From contig NC_087436.1 in assembly GCF_036321535.1 (NCBI RefSeq), positions 61,878,001 to 61,942,000 on the forward strand: 64,000 nt of DNA, written 5' to 3'. The stretch comes from Camelus dromedarius (lineage: Eukaryota). The notes below the pieces were generated by a model. It was not told the origin of the DNA. It made no database searches and saw only the letters and a list, made by a program, of their open reading frames with translations. Below are positions 35,761 through 47,037 of this stretch, in pieces. The translations under genes were made by a program, and so were the position numbers. Every line of letters starts with the position of its first letter. The first letter of the stretch is position 1.

Positions 35761-38700
35761 AGCTGTGTAATGAATTAAAAGGAGGTGTGGGGTTTTTTAT
35801 GTTGTTTTTGTTTTGTTTTAAGAAAGCTATTGCAAATAACTATGGAGCAAAATGTTCTTGAATCTTTTCTTGATTGTCTTCCACCCACAAGGATCTGGAG
35901 GATGTTGACTTATCAGGAAGTGTAGTAAGTAGGAAATAGTTTAACACTTTTTTTTTGGCAGGGTCACTGTTGACCATCACAAGGGTTTAATGGTCAAAGA
36001 CAGACTGCAGTACATGGCATTACCTAAAGACTAATAAAGAACTGAATTTTATGCAGTTCCAATCTTATTATCGAATTTTCATCAAAATTCCACATGGTGA
36101 GATCTGCGAAGCACTTGAGTGGTCTTTAATAAAAAGAAGAGAAAAACTTGAATGGGGCCCTGACTTGTTTCTCATCTTAACACACAAGAATAAGCAGAAG
36201 AAAGAGGCCACATCCAAGAACAAGATTACTTATTAGTAACGTGGTCCAATCAGTGAACAGCACTTTCTCCTTCTAGATTAACAAATGGCTAAATTGGAGG
36301 AAAAAAACAAAAAGGTAGGTGAGAGAAAAGAATGGCTACTGTGTAGCTTATCCAAATTGAAGTTTATGAATCTCATATGATCCCCTAAGACTCCAGTCAT
36401 TAATTTTCCCTTCTCTTTGTGGGTACAGTGGACTTTATTCACAAGTAAACTGAGGAGAACTGAAGAGAAACTTAGAAACTGTTCATTTCAACTGCATATT
36501 TGTATGCTAAGCTGATACTCTAGATAATAAATCTTTGAATTCAGGTTTCCTGACACACAGTTGTGTGTGCTTTCCAATATATGTGGCTGCCTTTCTACAA
36601 TTAAGAAGATTGCCTTTTCATTAAAAAAAAATCTATCAATCTACTATTGTTTGTCTGTCTGTGTAGTTTTAAGAGAATTTATTCTCTGTAAGATGATGTC
36701 TGATAATTAATTTTCATCTGTAAGTTCAAGCTCAATAAAAAATGTACCCAATCTCTTCAGCTTTTTACTAAAATAACTTGAATTTCTGAAGATTCCCCCC
36801 ACTGCCGCCTCCAATCTATAGGTTTATTTCAAGGTTTTATTTCCTATGATTAGGGGAAATATTTCTTCATGTTAATGGATATCTTTACTTTTTAACTTTT
36901 TAATTAGTTTTCCCCTAATTTCTCATGTATTTGTATATGAAGTAGCTCCAGAACAGACAGATACACACAGAGACACACAATATAACACATTCTGCAATAG
37001 CCTTACTAGTGTAATTTTCAAGTTAGAAAATTTTAGTTTATTTTAGGAATGGGGAATTATACACTGGTTTTCTACAGGCTACCCTGAAATTTGATTCAGA
37101 GAGTGATGTATCATATCATGGTGTACCTGTCCCTTTCCTGTCATTGAAATGTATAAGATCAGAAAGCCTCACATTTTAACAACTGCATAGCTCATCAGTT
37201 TAATTCAGTATCACAAAATACAGATAGTGAAACTCATTTAATGTAAGTTTACTATCCATATTCCTGTGGAATATCACAACAGTTGTGTGTGTGTGTGTAT
37301 TTGTGTGTGTCTGAGAAACAGAGACCAGAGACAAGAGACAGAGAATTATATATTGGACTCTGGCAATCTGTATAGTACAAGGTGACATTTCAGTTTACCT
37401 TAATTCCTTTTTTTCTTTTTTGTACAAATACAGTGTCAAAGTAAGTCCAGTATGTAATTTGTGATTTCAAGATTTTGTGAGATATTTATTGTAGGTGCCA
37501 TACATACTACTGAATAAATTGTGTAAAATTATTAATGAAATCAATAAGCAAATAACCTATATTATAATGCTGCTATAACTTTCTTTTTAATATTAGCAGC
37601 AATCAACTTTATTAAAAATGCTTGTGGAAAACTTTAGAAATACATTCTTTAATTTGTTCATTTTAGGTCAGTTTAGTGGAAAAGATATTTTTAATCCCAC
37701 TATTAATAATTTATTTCCTTCTACCTTGAGGTAAATTAAGTATCTCAGAATTAACTGTTGAGTTATTGCAGTTGTCTCTACATAGAAGATACAGATAGAA
37801 GCAGAAAAGTATAAAATAATACATTTCCAAATAAAAAAACACATGCTTGATATGTGAGGAAAGTAAGGAAATATGCAACTAATAATGATTTGTATAAATC
37901 AATTTACATGTGCAGAAGAAATTATCTAGAAATAAACATTTGCCTTAATAATATAATGCTAACCAAACTTTTTATAGAATGTTGAAGAAAAATGCAGTTT
38001 TAATTTTAATATGCACATGAGATCAGTTAATATATCACATATGCAAATATAAAAGCAATGACCCTGATTCTGAATGCTTGTTATTTCTGGAGTTGGCATA
38101 TGGCTTTCTCTAACCACAGACTTAATGATTTCAATAAATTAGCTGCTAATGCCATGTAATGAACTCTGATTTGTGTTAATTCGGGCACTACTTAGCAATT
38201 TCATGTTAATTTTTTTTATGAAATCAGCTTTTAAGGCAGTATTAGAATTTTGTTTAAAAATGGTAGGAATAAAGAGAACATTTTGATTCAGATATTTTAA
38301 TAAGACAGAAACAGCTTTATAATGTAGGAATGAGAATGTGACTCATATAGTTTAAATAAAAATTAGTTTCTAATGACCTGAAGTTTTAAAAAATATTATT
38401 CACATTGAACAATAATCATGCTGAAGGGTGGAAAAGGTTATTAGGCTCATATTAAAATAGCTAGTGTTGAATGCCCCTGTTGAAGTCTTTCTCACCCTTG
38501 TTATTTTTATCTGGTGTGAGACATTACAAGGTTAGCCTGGTAGCTACTGATGGCAATGGAGGTAATGTTAGTATAAATAATATGCACATATATATAATAC
38601 ACATATATTTGTATGTATGTGAATTACATATGTGTATATAGCTTAAATGCAAACACTAGATTAATTTGTCTGAAATCATTTGAAGTAAGATATGCTTAAA

Positions 38701-39069
38701 GAGAAAAAAATCTCCTTTGGACCAAGTAAAATCAAGAAGCTCTTCCTTATAAGCATGGTCTTACACTAATGGATTAATTATAGACAACAGCTTACATAAA
38801 AGCTAATAACCATGAATATTTTCTATTTGATTCTTGTGGGAGAGTAAAAAAAATACAATAGAAGTTAAAATTGTTTTACTCTTGTACGTTTTTCTTAACA
38901 TCTCATTTAACTTTCTACACTTCAGTTTCCTTACTAGGAGTGGGTTAAGGTAATTAACTCATACAACTCTTATGGGAATTTAATGAGGTAGGATATGCAA
39001 AGTGCCTGGCAAATGGTAAGGATTAAAGATGTGTTGGTAAAGAAGGGTGGGTGAATGCATAGTGTCACT

Positions 39070-40020
39070 TGATCAAGCCCAGGTGTTTCCTACTTAAATC
39101 TCCTTCTATACATTCTCCACATTACAGCTAGTGTCGTAGCCAGTGTAAAACATAAATCTGATTTACATTATGACTCCTTTGCTTAAAATTCTTCAAATAA
39201 CACATCTAAGAAAAAGCCAGATCCCTTACCATGAAGTGCAAAGCTCTACACATCTGACTTCTATTTTCTTATGTCCTCTCCCAATCTTTGTAAATCATGT
39301 CTGTCAGTCTGTCCACACTGAACTATTTGTATTTACCCATGTAGGACACAGTGTTAAACACCCTCAAGCATACTTAAAACAATATCCTTTCTGCCTGAAA
39401 TGCTTTCCTTGATTTTCTTTTCCTGGGAAATTCCTGCTGCTCCTTCTAGGCTCTGGGATGTGATCATCGGTACACCAAGGTGAATGTTTCAATCTCATTG
39501 CTCCTACAGCACCTTGAATACCTTGTACTTGAGCATATTACAGTATATAATATTAAATTTTCTGACCTCTCTCCTGTAGGTTCTTAGCTTTATGAAGATT
39601 AGAACTGTATTCAATATATCCATTAACACAGAGTGCTAAAAAAAATGATACAAATGAACTTATTTGCAAACTAGAAATAGACTCACAGACATAGAAAACA
39701 ATCTATGGTTACCAAAGGGGAAAGTGGAAGGATAAATTAGGAGTTTGAGATTAACATATACACACTACTATATATAAAATGGATAAACAACAAGGACCTA
39801 CTGTATAGCACAGGGAACTATATTCACATCTTATAATAACCTATAATAGAAAAGAATCTGAAAAAGAATATGTATATGTACAATTGAATCACTTTGCTGT
39901 ACACCTGAAATTAACACAACATTGTAAATCAACTATACTTCAATAATAATAATTTTAAAATTCAGTGCTTAATACAGTACCTAGCATATAGTAGACTTTC
40001 AGTGAATATTTCTTGAATCT
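39070..40020 (+). mobile_element. L2 LINE 3' fragment interrupted by an L1 tail
   Basis: 'tgactcctttgcttaaaattcttcaa', 'ttctgcctgaaatgctttcc', ending 'acagtacctagcatatagtagactttcagtgaatatttcttgaat'. Confidence 0.7.
39638..39955 (+). mobile_element. Cetartiodactyl L1 3'UTR fragment
   Basis: 'gatacaaatgaacttatttgcaaactagaaatagactcacagacatagaaaac...aacaaggacctactgtatagcacagggaactata...gctgtacacctgaaattaacacaacattgtaaatcaactatacttcaata'. Confidence 0.92.
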
Positions 40021-41514
40021 TACATTGAAGATGATGCAAGATCCTGCTCATAATATGTTCTGCTGATATAAGAAATTAGAGTATATATTTGAATGGATTT
40101 GGGGTATTTCAGATAAACCCTATATTTATGAGATACCATTCCTGTTTCTCAGCAGCTGTATTCTCATGTTTTATTCTATGAAATGTTAAATTCATCTGCC
40201 TTTAATTATACATGCTGGAAATACTGCCTTATTTCCCCATAATATAATCTTTGTCTTTTCCTGCAGTGTACTCCATGTCTCACTGATGCTGGAAAACTTT
40301 CTCACTTCATGAAGAGAACAGAAGGTATGGCAGATTCATTCATTGCTAATCAAATTGAGCCTTTTGATGTTTCACTTCCTCCTCTAAGACGAAGTTAGAG
40401 GTGCCAGGAATATGGAGTTGTGACTTGTGAATCTTCTTGATGATTCACATGTACACAGGAGACCAAAAAACACTCAAGACCCATATAGAAGTAGGTGACA
40501 GATACTGAACTGCAGTGTATCCAAGGGTGCAGGATTTTTAAACCTTGTTTTTCTTTTATTTATAGTTGGGACTTTAAGATGGATCAATATACATGACATA
40601 CAAAAATAAATTCTATTGTAGTTAGAGACGGTAACTCTCTGTGCAAGAAACTCCAGCATTTTCCAGAAGTTTGCATGCTTGTTGTCATTACTGCCCGGTT
40701 TGTCAGGACGTCTATATTCCTAATTAGCCGCTGCTCATAGCATCACTTTAGTGAGGTACTAAGGTTTTGGTTCTCATTTGCTTTGACTTTTGGGGTCAGA
40801 CAACGTGCCTTCCATCTAATGAAGGATGTCCCAACATTTCCAGAAAAAGTGGTCAAGTGACTACTTTAGGGTTTTTTAATAGGTAGATTGTCACTTTTTT
40901 AAAGAATAAAAGCCGTCTCTTCTCATACCATCTGTGGTTGCATAAAATGCTGAGTTTTTGTTTTTCGTTTTTTTTAATTTCTAAACATTCTAAATAATTC
41001 CAAAAGTGACTTGGTTTAACAAGATCACTCATAAGTTTTACAAATTATAATAGTCATGTATGATATTTTAGACCCGTTGCTAACTTGATGTTGAATTATT
41101 ACAAAGTTTTCTGTGTGTGTGTTTCTGTAGGAGAATGTTCCCAAAATAAATATCTCTTTAATTTCTTTTTCTTCTAAGTCATATGTGATACTTTCTAAAT
41201 CAAGTAAGTAGGAGCTTGGGTACTTATAAAGGCTGGGATGTGTTGATCTGGCAACCTAAACTAAGCACCTGGGCAGAATGAGAACTGCTTATGAATTTCT
41301 GTGCTTGCAGTTGAGGTAAGCATTTGGAGAGTCATGACTGGGGTAAAAAGAAATCCAAAGTGAAGCAGTCCGTCCAACCCAGACACTGGTCTGAAGAGGA
41401 GGCTAAGACAAAAAGGAGCAGATAGCTTATAGGTGCAGCAGAATTAATCAGAGCAAGAATTTAGAGGGAGAAGATACTGCCTTTGAAAAGGAAAATATAA
41501 AAAATGCTTCTTAG

Positions 41515-41965
41515 TTTATTAGTCAGGCTTCTCCTGAGAAATAGCTCACACAATTATGGAGGCTGGCAAGTCCCAAGATTTGCAGGTTGAGTTGGCAAGC
41601 TGGAAACCCAGGAGAGAGATGGTGTAGTTCCAGTGCAAGGGCCAGCAGACAGACTTGAGACCCAGGAAGAACTGCTATTTCAGTTCAGTGCTTAAAGCAG
41701 GAAAAAAGTCAATGTCCTGGTTTGAAGACTCTCAGGCAGGAAGGAATCTTATTTACTCAGGGGAGGATCGGCCTTTTTGTTCTATTCATTGCCTTCAACT
41801 GATTGGATGAGGCCCATCCATGTTATGGAAGGCAGTCTGCTGATTTTAATGTTAACCTCATCTAGAACTACCCTCACTGAAACCCTTGGTATAATGTTTG
41901 ACTAAATATCTGAGCCCAGATATTTAGTGGCCCAGTCAAGTTAACTCATAAAATTAATCATTGCA
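41515..41965 (-). mobile_element. ERVL solo LTR, MLT2C/D-like
   Basis: 'gctcacacaattatggaggctggcaagtcccaagatttgcag...ccttcaactgattggatgaggccca...gtggcccagtcaagttaactcataaaattaatcattgca'. Confidence 0.9.
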
Positions 41966-44900
41966 TTAATAGAAACAGTAAATATAAAGTCAGTGAATTC
42001 ACAAATCAGAGATCTGACACTTTGTGGAAATTAGACCACAAAAATCCACTGAGCTTTAGGGACAGTTGGGCTGGATCAAATGCAATAGAGCTTCCAGTGT
42101 GGCAGAAGTGAACAGGCTGAAGTCCCTGTTCAAGTGATGAACCTTCCTCCCCACACCAGTGGTCTGATGATGAGAACAAAAGGAAACTTACACTCACACG
42201 AAGTCAAATATAACTGGGGGAGAATCACTGATGGTCTGGCAGCTAATTCCACCCTGAGAGATGGCACTAGCAGCAGTCCACGTGGCTTCATGCCTGTGTG
42301 TCTCCCTACTGGACTTGTCAGCCTGTGAGGAATCTTAAAACTGGGAAAATACTTAAGATTATTGTCCCCATGTCTATGTAACTTGTTTTAGGATCAGAGT
42401 CACTGTAGTGGTGGTCGTAGACGACTCCTGTTGCTCGTACCCCAGGAGTTGGGGTAAGAGCCCCTGCAGTAACTCCTAGGTGCTCCTGTTGGTCAGACCT
42501 TGCGAGAGCAGGCAGCAGACATGGACCAGGGAGTCAGCATGGGCAAGAGCACCTGGTCGGAAGCCAGAAGGAACAAACAGAGTGGACTGGCTTGTCCTCC
42601 GGAGAGGCTTGGAGGCAGTCTTGGAGCACTTACCTCAGCTTCAAGCCATTTGTGTGGTTTCCATGTGCCTTAAGACCAGAGACTGTGCTTTACTTCTGTG
42701 CAATTTTTCAAGTTCTCATAAAGCACCAGAGAAATTGTAATGTCTTTGGTGCTGGGGCTCTTGTTCACTCATCCCTGTATCTCTGCCTTCCACATGCTCT
42801 TCACTCTGACAACTGCTGACTTACAGTCACAGTGTTGAGTTTATGGTCGCTCAATTCATATTTGTTGAGCATTTGTTTTATAATTTTAAAAAACCTAACT
42901 GATCTTTAGCTAATCAACTCTGTTAATTATGCTGATGGATGCCCATTGCAAACTGAAGTCCTGGCTGAAAAGCTTGTGTGTTTGTAGTTCGGTCTTTATC
43001 AAGAATCACTTGTGGTCATTCCTAAATCTATTTATTCCAGTTAATATTGTTGTTGCAATTATAAACTTTAAGTATGCTTGTTCAGATGAAATGTGGATGT
43101 GAAAGATGAAGTGTTGATGCTTGTATGAAAACGGACTTGAATGCTTAGGATAGACTTGAAGATAAAAGGAAAAGAAAATCTGCTGAATGATGCATAGGCA
43201 GAAGACTGAAAAAAATTGCAAGAAAAAAAAATCTGGAGATCTTCTATATCACATTGCTTGGCAACTGTCTTAAGTTCCCACTCACTTTGAAGAAACTCAA
43301 GCTGAAATTCACACATGAGACAGTAGTTTATGCAAGGAAGGCAGTGCAGAACTTTAAACATTTAAATAAAAGATTTTGCTCCTACATGAAAAATAATGGG
43401 TGAGTGGATGTGCATTTTACACTTTATGTTAAAATAAAATGCTTAAGGTAGTTGTAGGGTTTTTTCATCCCCCATTTTAATCAAATGATTGGCTAAATAT
43501 GTATGCTAATATTTTTGGCTATGAGACATCTACTGTGAGACATCAAGTCAGGTTTCTTAGCATCAAAGAAATGAATTCATCATTATTCATCACATTCCTC
43601 ACATTCTAACAACATTTAGGTTTTGTGGTTGTCACAGGAACCATTATTTTCCAAGAAAAAAGTGGCATCCAATTATAGGAGATAAGATTTTGCTTCGGGG
43701 TTAAAGTAAATAGGAAAGTCATTAGACGGAGGTGGGACTCGAATTGGAATGAGGTGAAATAAGGCAACAGTGGTGGAGTGTGGGGAGTGGAGGCCAAGAC
43801 AGTTGAAGAGAAGATTAAGGGATAAGAAAACCAAGAGGCTGTAACTAGAAAAGCAGCTCCAACCATCTACCAGATCCAAGGAGTCTTACTGAGAAATAAT
43901 AAGTGATTCATCTGTAGAATGGAGACAGGCAGTGTCAGCTTTTGATGCCATGTCCAAGTGTTTGTGATTTACTTCTTTGTGTGGAGTTATTAAATAATTC
44001 TGAATAGCAGTTATAGCAAAAAAGATAACATAATTAAAGCCATATTTTATGTGGAATGAATTCATTAGATAGATAGAAGGGACAGGAAGATGGAAGATGT
44101 GACAACTATTAAGATTATTATAAACAAATCTTTGAATTATTTTGAATTATTTGACCCCAACTCTGTAACTCTCTGTAATTACTTACTAATATAAAAGAAT
44201 ATTAAAATTTTGTCCTAAATTGAGTAACTATCCTTTTACTGTTTTATTCATTGCAATTACTCTGAATTTTCTAGCCTTTCAGTTGAAATCATTTTAATTA
44301 TATTACATCATATATATGTAAAACACACAAACACCACACTCACACACACATATATAATTTATTATTTTATAAGACAAACACAGTGATATATTTTGAATGG
44401 TTTGTTCTGACTTGTCTGTCACTGCAGTAGTCTCCAGAATAGTCTGACAGTGTTAGATCAGACTTGATTCACTCAATTCTACCGTATGAGTTGCTTGACC
44501 TTGATGTATTTTGTAATGCTATTTCTATCTACTCCTCAATTTCTCTGACTTATATGTCTCCATGTAACCTCAGTGTTATCTCTCCTTGGTTTATTTCATA
44601 AATCCTTCTCTTCCTGTCACCTGTCTAATACTATCTCAGTATACCATCTAATAGAGGATGCCCATTAATAGCAGTAGTAAACTCTAAACTGCAGTCAATT
44701 ATATGATAGGGATTTTTATCTAGGCTTTTTTTCCTCCTAAAATAAGTGTTTTTTGTGTCCCTCCTGAACAGGCTTTGTCAGAAATGAACAGCATATAAAT
44801 ATTTGATTTATTACATTTTTATCCACAGCACCAAAATTGAAATGCTGTACCTAAAACACCATTTTTTCCCTAGAACACCATTTTTCATCAGGGTGGTAAA

Positions 44901-45495
44901 TGTTCAGCCAGTCTGCTTGAATTCTTCTTCATGAACCTAACTAGAACTAGAATTTATATGACCAAAAGCAAAAAACACCTACAAGCAATTATGATGGTTA
45001 CTATTTTGCTTGGATGAATGCATTTCTGTTCTCGTTACGAAAAGACAAATATGAAAGGAAATAAGAAAAGAATTTAAATCTATTTATAATCTGCAAACAT
45101 CATTTTGAGCATTACTGTCAACTTTGTCACCCAGAAAAATTTAACAGAACTGACCATAAATATCACCATTTGACAGAAAGAGTTTCCTATCCCCTCTCTT
45201 CCCTGATCTGTCCTTTATGAATTTATGTACAATGCACCCTCTCATACCCCTTGATTACTGTGAAGAGCTTGCTAGGGATCTTTTATCTGAATTCTGTATT
45301 TTAGAGGTAGAGGAATGTATAGCAGAAAAACAGATATCATCACTCTATTGTAGTTGGCTGAGAGAATAGGTGTGCACGAGCCATAAAATAGGCAATGGGT
45401 AAAAGACAATTTACTCATTTAATAATTATTGAGCACTTACTCTAGACTGCGTAGCTTACCGAGGTTAAATCTGATTTCACAACACTTGCACTTTT

Positions 45496-45687
45496 TTTTT
45501 TCAGTTATACATGAACATACATATATTCATTGTCACATTTTGTTTTCGCTGTGAGCTACCACAAGATCTTGTATATATTTCCCTGTGCTACACTGTATAA
45601 TCTTGTTTATCTACTCTGCACATGGCTGTCAGTATCTACAAATTTTGAACTCCCAGTCTGTCCCTTCCCACCCCCTTCCCCCTTGGA
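45496..45687 (-). mobile_element. Young L1 3'UTR fragment lacking the canonical terminal ~70 nt
   Basis: 'ttttttcagttatacatgaacatac...tttccctgtgctacactgtataatcttgtttatct...cccttcccacccccttcccccttgg' between perfect 15-bp TSDs aacacttgcactttt (45481-45495 / 45688-45702). Confidence 0.9.
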
Positions 45688-45702
45688 AACACTTGCACTT
45701 TT

Positions 45703-47037
45703 GATTCTCCACTTACTTTACTGAACAATTCTTCGATTTCTTTGCTGGTTTCTCCTCTTCTCCTTGAACTCTTGATGTTGGCATCTTCAAGTTCTCAGGC
45801 TTTGGCTCCCTCTTCTTATCTGTCCATACTCTTTCTCTTCATGATGCACCACCCAGTGTCATGACTGAAGACTATTTGCACACTAGTGACTGCCACAGTT
45901 GTATCTCTAACCCTCGAACACTTTCCTAAATTCTATACTCATATGTCCAACCACCTACTCAATATCTCCATTTGGAATCTATAAGACACCATGAATCAAT
46001 ATGTCCAAAATTGAACTCTTGGCTTCCCAAAAGTCTCTTTACCTATGGCCTTCTCATTTCAGTTGAGGACACTGCACCTTTTTAGTTACTCAGGCCAAAA
46101 TGTTTGGAACACTCTTTGACTCTTCTCTATTTCTCATAGCTCTGCATCCAATCTGTTAAGAAACTATGTTAGCTTTACTTTCAGAGTATATCCAAAGTCA
46201 GATTTCTTCTCAACACTATTCATACCTGAAGCACAGTTAACAGTTTTTATTTGCAGCAAGAATTATCTTGTTAGAACAGGGACCAGATCAAGTTATTCAG
46301 TTCTAAACACTACAGAAGATTTCCATTTTACTCAATGTATGGCTAAAGTCCTTTTGATGGCCCACAAGGTTCCAAGTGATCCAACTCCCGTTTATCTTTA
46401 TCACCTCATTCCCTTTTGCTTTTCTCTTGCTCACACTTCTCCGGTTATATCCCTTTCCCTGCTTTTCCTCATTCTAGCCAGGACATTCCTGCCACAGGAC
46501 ATTTGCACTAGCTCTTCATTTTGCCTGGAGTGATCATCACAAAAATCCACATGGAAAAATCACTCACTTCTTTTAGTCTTTGTTTAGATGTTATCACCTA
46601 AATGATTCCACCCTATTCAGCAACTCTATTAAATGGTTAATGCACTCGTCTTTTCTATTTTTATGGCATTTATAAACATCTAAGATAATTCATTCATATA
46701 TTTGTGTTGTCTATTACAGTTTGTTTTTCTTTCTGAAATGTACTCCCTGTGAGGGCAAGGACTTTAATATTTTTTTCTTCCACTGATTATATACTGGACA
46801 TCTAAAATAATCTCTTGTATGTACTAGATTTCATTTAGTCTGAAGTGTACATTTTAAAACTTTTAAAATATCTTTATAAACAGGATGTAATTTACTATTG
46901 ATAGCAGATCATAGATCAATTGAATAGATTATTTTTCTTATATGTGCATAAAATAATATAGTATAATTTACCATTGATGACTTGCTAGATTTAATGAAAT
47001 ACAGAGGTAGGCAGTTAGTGAACATTTGTTAAAATGA
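45703..47037 (+). mobile_element. L2 LINE (ORF2 end to 3' tail) with embedded MITE
   Basis: 'atatgtccaaccacctactcaatatctccatttgg...aatatgtccaaaattgaactctt', 'ttttagttactcaggccaaaa', 'ccacaggacatttgcactagct', ending 'gtaggcagttagtgaacatttgttaaaatga'. Confidence 0.85.
46824..47005. mobile_element. Short non-autonomous DNA transposon (probably TcMar/Tigger-type MITE)
   Basis: Degenerate terminal inverted repeats 'ctagatttcatttagtct' and 'agatttaatgaaatacag'. Interrupts the L2 3' tail. Confidence 0.45.

Noticed and set aside
42628..42640. Perfect minus-strand donor GAG|GTAAGT
   Set aside because: No convincing upstream acceptor or promoter. Isolated consensus donors are expected by chance in 64 kb.
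42400..42660. GC-richer patch with several CpGs as a possible CpG island or promoter
   Set aside because: Too short and CpG-poor for an island. Could be an unrecognised old LTR that I could not assign.
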